The notes under the pieces were generated by a model. That model had not been told where the DNA came from and did no database searches. It saw nothing but the letters and a program-made list of their open reading frames with translations. Below, piece by piece: positions 26,715 through 35,217 of a DNA stretch of 64,000 bases. The number at the start of each line of letters is the position of its first letter. The first letter of the stretch is position 1. A program made the translations under genes and the position numbers. Origin of the DNA: Actinomycetota bacterium (GTDB lineage Bacteria > Actinomycetota > AC-67); the NCBI GenBank assembly GCA_036397635.1, contig DASWIP010000031.1, positions 6,536 through 70,535 of the forward strand. The letters are read 5' to 3'.

Positions 26715-28388
26715 CTAGAGCGCCGGCGGTTTGACCCCGAAGACACCGAAGCGGAAAGCGAAGCTCGTGTCGCCGGCGATCCCGAGCGCGCCACGGATGA
26801 AGGCTTCCCAGGGATCGATCCGTCCGAGCGTCAGCGCAGCGAGCGTTTCCGCGTCGCCGGACAGCTCGAGCCGGCGGTGACCCCCGCTCGCGGTGCGCGC
26901 GGCGCATCGGCCTTGGTCCACCACGAGTTCTCGGGCTACCTCGCGATCGCCGACCGTGATCCGGAAGCCGATCACGACGCTCATGCCCTCGGCGGCGTCG
27001 GCGTCGAAACCGGCGACCCATGCGCCGACGATGGCATCTGCGACGGCATCGGGATCCTCGTCCTCGAGGATGGATGAGGCGGCGTCCGCTCCGGCGTCGG
27101 CCACCCGCTGCATGATCGGTGGTAACGCAGGCCGCTTCGGGGCGGCTCGCGACCGCGTGGGACGTCCGCTGAGCCAGTCGCATACCGACACGATCCGATC
27201 CCAGTCGCGTGCATGAGCGAGGTGCGCGAGGTAGGAGGCGGCTGCTCCGAGGCGGGTCGCGTCACCGTCGCCGAGTGCCGACGGATCCGCCAGCTCCCGG
27301 GCGAAGGTCTGGTGGACGGAATCTGCTGCCTCGCGAGCCCGGGACGGCCAGGGTGGAACCCGGGCGTCCGGGGGCGGAAGCCTCGGGACGGGCACAGTCC
27401 GATCTCTTTGGTACCAGTAGGCGACCGAAGACCAGTCATCGTCCCGATCGTTGGCGTGGCCGCGCTCGATGCTCGCGTGGAGTGAGCGGTCGAACCTGAT
27501 GGGATCTGCGACGTGGAAGCGGTAGAGGTGCGAGAAACCGCTCCAGTCCGGACGGTCGGTGACCGGCTGTCCGTACCATGGGTGTGAGAACTGTTCCGCC
27601 GGACTCCACGCTGTGCCCGCCCAGTCCTCCGTCCCCGTGCCGTGGATCGCCGGTGGCCATCGGTCGTCGTCGATGAAGATCATCTCGTCGCCTTCCCCAT
27701 ACCAACCGCCGTCGGTGGAGTGCACGTACAGGAACGCGCCGAGATAGTGACCCGCTCCCCGGATGTCGGCGAAAACGTGGTTGCCGTCCCGGGATGCGTG
27801 AGGCTGAGGGCCGTACACGCCGGGCGAGTCCTCCTCGCGACGAGCGGGCGTCCGGTTCCACCAGGCGTGGAAGCGCTCCGCGCGCGGCTGTTCCGGCCAG
27901 GACTCGTGATCGATGTGGAGATAGATCGCGAGCAGCGGAAGATCCGACTGATTCTCCACCTCGAGCCGGAAGCCGTCGGCGAACGGCATCTCGAACCAGG
28001 CGTGATACGAGCGCGCATCGCGCGGCGCGACCGAGAGCAGCTCGGAGGCGAACTCTCCCGCCACGCAGTTGCCGGCACCGAAGAAGTCGCCGAAGGGAAC
28101 CTCGACGCTCGGGGTTTCCTCTCCATCCCAGTACGCGCGCAGCACGAGCGATCGGCCCCAGAGCAGGTCGGGGGCGAGTGCGGTGGCCCACAGGTGCGTG
28201 ATCCGTCCCGCCCCTTCGGCTTGGGCGACGTTCTGAGTCGCGCCGGGGGGGACGAACGATGAATCGTTGTTCCCGCCGGTACGATCCCACGTCGATACGC
28301 GCGCGCGGCGCGCGGCCGAGGGGATGGCGTCGCCGGTCACCAGGCCGGACAGATCGCGCGCGTTGAGCCTGATCTCTCGTTCCGTCAT
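26715..28388 (-). CDS. DUF2961 (GH172-family glycoside hydrolase-like) protein fused to C-terminal SCP2 sterol-carrier-like domain
   Basis: DUF2961 signature VSTWDRTGGNNDS... The C-terminal ~110 aa (GFRITVGDREVARELVV...LELSGDAETLAALTLGRIDPWEAFIRGALGIAGD) is SCP2-like. The ATG at 28388 overlaps the P3 stop (ATGA). Confidence 0.8.
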   Translation of the reverse strand: MTEREIRLNARDLSGLVTGDAIPSAARRARVSTWDRTGGNNDSSFVPPGATQNVAQAEGAGRITHLWATALAPDLLWGRSLVLRAYWDGEETPSVEVPFGDFFGAGNCVAGEFASELLSVAPRDARSYHAWFEMPFADGFRLEVENQSDLPLLAIYLHIDHESWPEQPRAERFHAWWNRTPARREEDSPGVYGPQPHASRDGNHVFADIRGAGHYLGAFLYVHSTDGGWYGEGDEMIFIDDDRWPPAIHGTGTEDWAGTAWSPAEQFSHPWYGQPVTDRPDWSGFSHLYRFHVADPIRFDRSLHASIERGHANDRDDDWSSVAYWYQRDRTVPVPRLPPPDARVPPWPSRAREAADSVHQTFARELADPSALGDGDATRLGAAASYLAHLAHARDWDRIVSVCDWLSGRPTRSRAAPKRPALPPIMQRVADAGADAASSILEDEDPDAVADAIVGAWVAGFDADAAEGMSVVIGFRITVGDREVARELVVDQGRCAARTASGGHRRLELSGDAETLAALTLGRIDPWEAFIRGALGIAGDTSFAFRFGVFGVKPPAL

Positions 28389-30169
28389 TCGAACCGAGGG
28401 CCCGGCCACGCGGGGAGCGGGCTCTCCGGGCCGGGAACCTCGACCTCGCTGTAGTACCGGAGCATCCAGTACGTCGCGAGGAAGTCGATGCTGGGACCCC
28501 GCCACGGCACCGCGTGATCCCCGTTGATGATCGTCGGATCCTTCTGCCACAGGAAGTCCGCGAGCCGGCGGACCCCGACCGGCAACGGATCCTTCGCTCG
28601 GCGCGCGCTGTCGGTGCCGGGCCGGAACGGGGTGACCACCTCGTCGCCGCCGGGCACCGGCAGGACCATGTCCACCTGGTCCTTCGGCGCGCACTCCAGG
28701 GGTCGCTCCTGGATCGGAGCGTTCTCACCCGGATCTTCGGTGATGTCGCAACGCCCGGTGTGCAGGAACGGTGTGTTCCCCGCGCGCGCCGCCTCCTCGT
28801 GGAAGGCGTAGTAGTCCAGCCAGTCGCGGTGGTACCCGACCGCCTCGTCGAGCCGGGCCACCTCGCCGGTCAACGCGTAGATCATCGCCTCGAAGAACGG
28901 GTTGCCGTCGTCGGTGAGGCTCGCGTCGAGAACGGACATGGCTCGCTCGAACTCTTCTCGTACCACCGGATCCGGCTCGAGCCTTATGAGGTTGAAGAAG
29001 GACACCAGATGCAGCTGGTACTTGTAGTAGGCGTTGTGTGGGCTCATCGAGTCGATCACCATCGAGTCGAGCAGCGATCCGGTCCCGACGGTGTTCGCAA
29101 CCTCTTCGAGCCAGAGGACCTCGTAGCGCTGCTTTCCTTCGGCGTGGCCGATGAGGTTGGCGGCGTGGCGCGCGGTCTGGAGCATGTGCAACCGGTGCAG
29201 CGGAACCTGGATGAACAGCGGGCTGAACGGCCCGTTGAGGTCGTTGTCGGTGATCGGGTTGGCGACCCGCCCGTGCGGACGCGGCTGGTTCCACAGGTAC
29301 TTCAACGCGTAGTCGGTCATGGCCATCAGGTCGTGCGCGAGCGTCGCGCGCAACTCGGGGTTCTCCTCGGTCGCCAGGTAGTCGAGCGCGACCGCGAGAC
29401 CGAAGATCGTCCCCATGTAGGAGTCGCGACTGGTGTTCTGGACGCAGTACCAGTTCCGGCCGTCTTCCCACCGAAGCGGCCCGATGACGTAGGGCGTGGG
29501 GGCGTAGTTGTAGCGGATGTCGGTGTAGGCGGGATCCGCGTCCTCCGGGGTGCACGTACGCATAAGCAGGCCCTTCTCGCCTGGGATGACGCCCCCGCCG
29601 TAGTCCAGCCAGCCGGACTCGTCCGGCGTCTTGCTCAAGTCGATCTGCGGGTCGAGCTCGGTCTCCCAGTACTGCGCGATGTTCACAAGGATGTGGTAGT
29701 AACCGACGATTTCAGCGGCGCGCGCGCGAGCTTCGTCGCGCTGCCCGCGCCAGAACGCTACTGCTGCGGAATCGCTCGGTACATCGTCGAGCGGGTCGAC
29801 GCCGAGTAGCACGAGCTGCGCTTTGGCTTGGGCGTACCGCCACGACTGCGCCGCGAGGTATACGCCGGTGTAGTTACCGGAGTCGCCCTCCCCTTCCATG
29901 CGCACCGGCTGGGCGTCCGGGTCCAGGTGCGGCCACGCGTCGAACAGCAGCGGGACGATCATGCCCTCGAAGGTGTGTTCGGGGATCAAGGATTCGAAGC
30001 GAAGGGCCGCGTCGAGGTCTCCGGCGGTGTCGAGCGGACCGGTGTCGTCACTGATCGCCTCGAAAGGCTCCGCCTGCCCGATGGGCGGATTGACGGCGAG
30101 CAGCGCGAGCACGAGTCCGAGGAGCGGGGCGATCCCCCGACGCATGACACCGTTCCCGCGTGATCCCAT
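28385..30169 (-). CDS. Secreted protein, paralogue P3 of the same family
   Basis: AAGGGGG SD before the ATG at 30169 and signal peptide MGSRGNGVMRRGIAPLLGLVLALLAVNPPIGQA. Same motif set as P1/P2, and translationally coupled to the DUF2961 gene. Confidence 0.75.
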   Translation of the reverse strand: MGSRGNGVMRRGIAPLLGLVLALLAVNPPIGQAEPFEAISDDTGPLDTAGDLDAALRFESLIPEHTFEGMIVPLLFDAWPHLDPDAQPVRMEGEGDSGNYTGVYLAAQSWRYAQAKAQLVLLGVDPLDDVPSDSAAVAFWRGQRDEARARAAEIVGYYHILVNIAQYWETELDPQIDLSKTPDESGWLDYGGGVIPGEKGLLMRTCTPEDADPAYTDIRYNYAPTPYVIGPLRWEDGRNWYCVQNTSRDSYMGTIFGLAVALDYLATEENPELRATLAHDLMAMTDYALKYLWNQPRPHGRVANPITDNDLNGPFSPLFIQVPLHRLHMLQTARHAANLIGHAEGKQRYEVLWLEEVANTVGTGSLLDSMVIDSMSPHNAYYKYQLHLVSFFNLIRLEPDPVVREEFERAMSVLDASLTDDGNPFFEAMIYALTGEVARLDEAVGYHRDWLDYYAFHEEAARAGNTPFLHTGRCDITEDPGENAPIQERPLECAPKDQVDMVLPVPGGDEVVTPFRPGTDSARRAKDPLPVGVRRLADFLWQKDPTIINGDHAVPWRGPSIDFLATYWMLRYYSEVEVPGPESPLPAWPGPRFE

Positions 30170-30193
30170 CTCGGCCCCCTTGACGCACCCCGA

Positions 30194-30226
30194 TTCGTAC
30201 GAATACCTTACAAATACCGTGAACGG
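30194..30226. promoter_or_regulatory. Conserved motif site C (TTCGTACGAATACCTTACAAATACC + CCGTGAACGG palindrome) in the 49 bp divergent P3/P4 intergenic region
   Basis: Same architecture and absolute orientation as sites A, B, D and E. It ends at the candidate GTG start of P4, so P4 is probably leaderless. Confidence 0.45.
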
Positions 30227-31850
30227 GACACAAGCCCTCATCTGGCGCGCGGCCGCAGCCGTGCTGTGCGGCGCTTTGCTCACGCCCGTGGGAGCGTCCG
30301 CCTCATCGCCGCTCACCCCCGACGACCAGGCCGCGGCTCTGCTGCTCGAGGACCGCATCGCGGACAACCTGTGGTACGGCCAGGTCTTCGAGGCGACCTA
30401 CCGCACGCCCGATCGCACGCCGGGTGATCTCGCGAGCGTGCACAACTTCGGTGACTCGGCCCTGTGGACCGGCACCTATCTCGCAGCGGAGGCGTTCCGG
30501 TACGCGACCGCGCGCACCAAGATCGCCACCGGCGAGGACGTGGCTTTCTGGGGCGAGCAGCAGGCGGAGGCGAAGGCCCGCATCGATCAGATAGTCGCCA
30601 AGTACCACCTGCTGATCAACATCTCGAAGAACTGGGATTACGAGCTCGAGCCCTCGCTGGACCCGCCGTCGTTCGGCGGCGGCGTGTTCCGCGGCGAGCC
30701 CGGGTACCTGATGCGCGCCTGCATCCCCACCGACGCCCCCTCGTGGGCGACCTGGGGCGAGCCGCGCGGCCCCCGGGTGTTCGGGCCCTTGGACTGGGAC
30801 GACGGCAACCAGTACTGGTGCGAGGACGCGACCAGCCGCGACGCCTACGCCGGCACGACCTTCGGTCTTCTGACCGCGTTCGACCTCGTCGGGCCCGACG
30901 ACGACGAGCTGCGCGCGCAGATCCGTGACGACGTCATCACGATGACGACCTTCGCCCTGAAGTACCTGTGGAACACGCCGCGGCCGCACGGCAACATCTC
31001 GCTGCCGCCGGAGGACCTCGAGGAGTACAGCCCCGTCGACGTCTGGGGGCACGACTTCGAGAATTTCATCTCGCCGTTGTTCGTCTACGTCCCGATGGCG
31101 AGGCTCAACATGACCCAGATCGCTCGCCACGTCGCCGATGAGGCGGGCACGCCCGAGCAGGCGGCCTTCTGGGAAGCGGTCTGGGCAGAGGAGCTGGCGT
31201 CGCAGGGCTCGTTGCTCGCGACGTCGATGGAGATCGATTCCTTCCAGCCCAACGACGGGTACTACAAGTTCAACCTGCATCACCTCACCGGCTACACCAC
31301 GATCAGGCTCGAGCCGGATCCGGCAGTGCGCGAGCTGCTTCGCCAGGCGTTCAGCGTCATGGACAACACGACTCGCGACGACGTCAATGCGCACTTCGAG
31401 ACCATCACCTACGCGCTGACCGGCGAGGCCGGCCGTCGTGACCTAGCGATCGAGCACCTCCGGGAGTGGCTCGACTATCGCGCGCGCATCGACCTGGGCG
31501 TGCCGACCAACAACAGCCCCGGCTGCGATGTCGAGTTCGAATGTGTGGCGCGGGACTCGCTCGAGCTGGTCGTGCGCGCGGCGGACGGATCGGAAGCCGC
31601 CGCGGTCACGCTCTTCCCCGGGACCGACGCCCGGCTGCGCGCGCGCCGCCCCCTGCCGGTGCCGCTCCGTCCCCCGACCGATTTCCTGTGGCAGCGGCCG
31701 CCGACGCAGCTCGAGGGCTTCGAAGGGGCGACGCGCCAGGCACCGGGCATCGACTACCTGCTGCCGTACTGGATGCTTCGGTACTACACGGACGTGGCGC
31801 CGCCGGGCTTGTCGCCGTTCCCGCCTTACCCTGCGCCGGCGCACGCATGA
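30219..31850 (+). CDS. Secreted protein, paralogue P4 of the same family (start uncertain: GTG 30219 or TTG 30180)
   Basis: The 5' part of track ORF 29898..31850 overlaps the divergent P3 and is not credible. From the GTG at 30219 the N-terminus MNGTQALIWRAAAAVLCGALLTPVGASA is a plausible signal peptide. Same motif set as P1-P3. Confidence 0.65.
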   Translation: MNGTQALIWRAAAAVLCGALLTPVGASASSPLTPDDQAAALLLEDRIADNLWYGQVFEATYRTPDRTPGDLASVHNFGDSALWTGTYLAAEAFRYATARTKIATGEDVAFWGEQQAEAKARIDQIVAKYHLLINISKNWDYELEPSLDPPSFGGGVFRGEPGYLMRACIPTDAPSWATWGEPRGPRVFGPLDWDDGNQYWCEDATSRDAYAGTTFGLLTAFDLVGPDDDELRAQIRDDVITMTTFALKYLWNTPRPHGNISLPPEDLEEYSPVDVWGHDFENFISPLFVYVPMARLNMTQIARHVADEAGTPEQAAFWEAVWAEELASQGSLLATSMEIDSFQPNDGYYKFNLHHLTGYTTIRLEPDPAVRELLRQAFSVMDNTTRDDVNAHFETITYALTGEAGRRDLAIEHLREWLDYRARIDLGVPTNNSPGCDVEFECVARDSLELVVRAADGSEAAAVTLFPGTDARLRARRPLPVPLRPPTDFLWQRPPTQLEGFEGATRQAPGIDYLLPYWMLRYYTDVAPPGLSPFPPYPAPAHA

Positions 31851-31884
31851 ACACCCGAACGCCGGCACGGCCGTCGCGGATAGC

Positions 31885-32934
31885 ATGAGCGACGCGGAGA
31901 CCCCCGCAGCCATGAACACCGAGCAGATCCCCTCGTCCCGCCCTTACGCGCTGTCCGCGCGCGGGGTAGGTGTGAGTTTCGGAGGCTTGCGCGCGCTCGA
32001 CGGCGTGGACCTCGACGTCGAGCCCGGCGCCATCATCGGTGTGATCGGGCCCAACGGCGCCGGCAAGACCACGCTGTTCGATGCGATCAGCGGGTTCATC
32101 CCATGCGAGGGGAGGATGTGGGTCAACGGCGTCCAGATCAGCGGCCTCCCACCGCACCGCCGCGCCGCGGCCGGGCTCGGCCGCTCGTTCCAGGACGCGC
32201 GCTTGTTCCACGCCATGACGGTGCTGGACACCCTGCGGGTCGCCTGCGAGCTGCACGTACGCGCTTCAGGCGTCGTTGGCATCGTGCTCGGACTGCCCGG
32301 CGCGCGCGGCGCCGAGCGCGCTGCGACCGCGCGCGCGCTGGAGCTTGTCGAGCTGTTCGGGCTCGGCGGATTCCGCGACAAGCTCATCCGTGAGCTGTCC
32401 ACGGGGACACGCCGGATCGTGGACCTCGCGTGCGTGCTCGCCCACGGCCCGTCGGTCGTGATGCTCGATGAGCCGTCGTCGGGGATCGCGCAGCGGGAGA
32501 CCGAAGCCCTGGGTCCGTTGCTGCGCCGGATCCGCGACCGCACCGGGTGCGCGATGCTGCTGATCGAGCACGACATGCCGTTGCTTCTGCACCTGGCCGA
32601 GCGCGTCTACGCGCTCGAGACCGGCCGCGTGATCGCATCGGGGGATCCCGAGGATGTCGTGCACGACCCCGAGGTGATCCGCTCGTACCTCGGTGCCGAC
32701 GCCGCCGCGATCAACCGGTCGGGCGCGCTGCCCGATGCCGCGCCGAAGCCTCGGGCTACCCGAGCCCGCAGGCCAGCGAAGGCCGCGCGGTCCACGACAT
32801 CGAACGCCGAAGCCACGACATCGAACGCCGAGGCCAAGATGAAGAAGGTGCGCGCACGCGCAGCCGCCACCAAGAAGGTCACCAAGAGAGCCACGAAGAA
32901 GGCGCCCACCACGAAGGGCAGCCCCAGCGTATGA
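31885..32934 (+). CDS. ABC transporter ATP-binding protein, LivG-like, with C-terminal Lys/Ala/Thr-rich histone-H1/HupB-like tail
   Basis: Walker A GPNGAGKTT, signature LSTGTRR, Walker B VVMLDEPSSG. The tail is ...KMKKVRARAAATKKVTKRATKKAPTTKG. A 21 bp tandem duplication (STTSNAEA x2) lies at 32789-32830. Confidence 0.85.
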   Translation: MSDAETPAAMNTEQIPSSRPYALSARGVGVSFGGLRALDGVDLDVEPGAIIGVIGPNGAGKTTLFDAISGFIPCEGRMWVNGVQISGLPPHRRAAAGLGRSFQDARLFHAMTVLDTLRVACELHVRASGVVGIVLGLPGARGAERAATARALELVELFGLGGFRDKLIRELSTGTRRIVDLACVLAHGPSVVMLDEPSSGIAQRETEALGPLLRRIRDRTGCAMLLIEHDMPLLLHLAERVYALETGRVIASGDPEDVVHDPEVIRSYLGADAAAINRSGALPDAAPKPRATRARRPAKAARSTTSNAEATTSNAEAKMKKVRARAAATKKVTKRATKKAPTTKGSPSV

Positions 32935-35102
32935 CCGCGACGCCGTCACGCGGCCGCGTGCTGCTCAGAGATCAACCCGCCGTGGGCGTGGTCGTCTCCG
33001 ACGGGCTGCACGTGACGCGCACCGCCGCCGACGGCACGTTCGCGCTTCGCGGGTTCGGGCCGTTCGCGATCGTGACGTGTCCGACCGGATGGACCACCGA
33101 CGGGTGGCACCTTCCCGCCGGCGACGACCTCAGGTTCGAGCTGCATCCCGATGAGCAGCCGGTCCCGTTCACTTTCGTCCAGGTCACCGACCTGCACGTG
33201 TCGCTGGGCGATCCCGCGTTCGGCGACGGTGCGGGCGACGCGACCTTCTACCAGGCCGACGGCGAGTGGCGCGAGCGGATCGTCACCACGCCGGCCGTCC
33301 TCGCATCGCTGCTGGAAGAGATCGCGCGCGAGCAGCCCGGCGCTTGGATCGTCGCCACCGGCGACCTGACGAACACCGGCGCGGAAGACGAGTACGAGGC
33401 GTACCGTGCAACGGTCGCGGCGAGCGGGCTGCACGTCGTGTCCATCCCAGGCAATCACGACCTCATGCCTCAGCGAGGCGATGACGAGGGAGGCGCCGAC
33501 ACGCTGTACGCGGCGGTGACGGCGCGGTACGAGGGCTACCTCGGGCCGCGGTATTTCTCGTTCGACCACGGAGGGCTGCATTTCATCGTGATCGACTGGT
33601 TCACGCACCTGTTGGGGGTCGATCGCCAGGCGCAGGAGACCTGGGTCGCCGCCGACCTCGCGGTGGCAGGCGACACCCCCGTGGTGATGCTGACCCACGA
33701 TCAGATGCGAGCCGAGTTCTACGCGGGGCTCGCGCGCGCGCCGGTCGCCAGCTTCTCCGGCCACTGGCACACGAGTCGCGTCGTCGTGCACGCGGGGACG
33801 ACCCACTACAACAGCGCCCCGGCCACGTTCGGCGGCTTGGACTACACGCCGGCGAGCTACCGGGTCGCCACGTGGGACGGCGCGAGGCTGCGGGTGCGGA
33901 CCGTCGCGCGCGGCGACGGCGCTTCGAGTGGCGCGACGTTCCGGAGCGAACCCGCGCCGGATGGCGTGTGCGCCTGGACGGCCCGCCTGGACGGCGGCGT
34001 GCACCTGGGGCCGCCGGTGGTGCACGGCGACGCGGTGCTTGCGACGTCGAAGCGGGAGGACGAACCCGGCGGGTCGATCGCGTGTTTCGATGCGGCCGAC
34101 GGCACGCTGCGGTGGCGGGTCGCCCTGAGCGCCGGGGTGAAGGCTGCACCGCTTGTCGTCGGCGACCTCGCGGTCGCAACCGCGGTCACCGGCGAGACCG
34201 TGTGCGTCGAGATCGGCACCGGGCGGGAGCGGTGGCGGACCGAGATAGCCGATCCGTTGCTGCTGTGGACCTACCTGCGCCCGGCCTCCGACGGCGCGCG
34301 GGTGTTCGTCGGGGACGTGGCGCGGTTCGTCGCGCTCGACCTCGTCGACGGCTCGGTCGCCTGGGCCCGCGAGGACCTCGGGAAGCGTGAGAACATGACC
34401 GCGCACGCCCACCCGGTCGTCGTCGACGGCACGCTGCTGGTGTCCTTCACCGCTCAGATCCCGGACCTGTGGGGCCTGGATCCGGCGACGGGCGCCACGC
34501 GCTGGCCCGCCGGCGTCGCCGCGCGCAGCGTCTACCAAGGGTCGTCGTCGGAGATCGTGATCCACCTTCCCCGGACGCCGGTCGCCGCGCTGGCCGCCGA
34601 TCCGGATGGAAAGGACGTCTACGTTGTTCGGCTCGGGTCTGTGCTCGAGCGCGTCCGCGCCGCCGACGGCGCGAGTGTCTGGACGGCGCAGTTCCTCGGC
34701 TGGTTCAACCCGGCGCGCCCGGCCGTGACCGAAGACGCGGTGCTGGCGTCCGCCGGGACGGGGACCGTGTTCTGCTTCGAGCGCAGGAGCGGCGCTCTTC
34801 GGTGGCGAACCGAGGTGGCGCGGGACGCGCCGGTCGCGCTGGGGCCGTACCGGGCCTCGGGGGCGGCGCTGCTCGCCGGGCCGCTGGTCGTCGGCGACGT
34901 GGCTGTGGTGGCCACGGGCGACGGGCGTCTGGTAGGTCTGGCCTGCGAGGACGGGCGGGAGGTCGGGATGATCGACGTTGGCGTTCCGGTGACGAGCCGC
35001 GCCGCGATCGCCGGCGAACATGTCGTGGTGGCGGCGCTGGACGGTACGGTACGGGCGCTGCCCTTGGCGGCCGTCGGGGTCGGCCGATTGTCGGCACCCT
35101 AG
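32931..35102 (+). CDS. Calcineurin-like metallophosphoesterase fused to PQQ/BamB-like beta-propeller repeats
   Basis: The ATG at 32931 overlaps the LivG stop (ATGA). Motifs GDLTNTG and GNHD mark the N-terminal metallophosphoesterase half. The C-terminal ~400 aa carry repeated ...GxLxA(L/F)DxxxGxxxW propeller motifs. Track ORF 32946..35840 on the opposite strand is an artefact. Confidence 0.75.
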   Translation: MTATPSRGRVLLRDQPAVGVVVSDGLHVTRTAADGTFALRGFGPFAIVTCPTGWTTDGWHLPAGDDLRFELHPDEQPVPFTFVQVTDLHVSLGDPAFGDGAGDATFYQADGEWRERIVTTPAVLASLLEEIAREQPGAWIVATGDLTNTGAEDEYEAYRATVAASGLHVVSIPGNHDLMPQRGDDEGGADTLYAAVTARYEGYLGPRYFSFDHGGLHFIVIDWFTHLLGVDRQAQETWVAADLAVAGDTPVVMLTHDQMRAEFYAGLARAPVASFSGHWHTSRVVVHAGTTHYNSAPATFGGLDYTPASYRVATWDGARLRVRTVARGDGASSGATFRSEPAPDGVCAWTARLDGGVHLGPPVVHGDAVLATSKREDEPGGSIACFDAADGTLRWRVALSAGVKAAPLVVGDLAVATAVTGETVCVEIGTGRERWRTEIADPLLLWTYLRPASDGARVFVGDVARFVALDLVDGSVAWAREDLGKRENMTAHAHPVVVDGTLLVSFTAQIPDLWGLDPATGATRWPAGVAARSVYQGSSSEIVIHLPRTPVAALAADPDGKDVYVVRLGSVLERVRAADGASVWTAQFLGWFNPARPAVTEDAVLASAGTGTVFCFERRSGALRWRTEVARDAPVALGPYRASGAALLAGPLVVGDVAVVATGDGRLVGLACEDGREVGMIDVGVPVTSRAAIAGEHVVVAALDGTVRALPLAAVGVGRLSAP

Positions 35103-35132
35103 TTTGTATGTATAGTTACCATATACGACGTC
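35103..35132. promoter_or_regulatory. Conserved motif site E (TTTGTATGTATAGTTACCATATACG + GACGTC) upstream of the substrate-binding-protein gene
   Basis: Same orientation and tandem ~11 bp unit structure as sites A-D. It sits 86-116 nt upstream of the ATG at 35218. Confidence 0.35.
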
Positions 35133-35217
35133 GAGAGCAGGAAGTCCGGTTCGCCCGAGCGCGGAGGCCTGAGGGTCGGCCGCGTTACGGTGGTCCGGCG
35201 TCGGGAGGCCAGAGGGC

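Noticed and set aside
30143-30218. ATG at 30144 (MTPFP...) as start of paralogue P4
   Set aside because: It would overlap the divergent P3 coding start by 26 nt head-to-head. The downstream GTG at 30219 or TTG at 30180 give a proper signal peptide instead.
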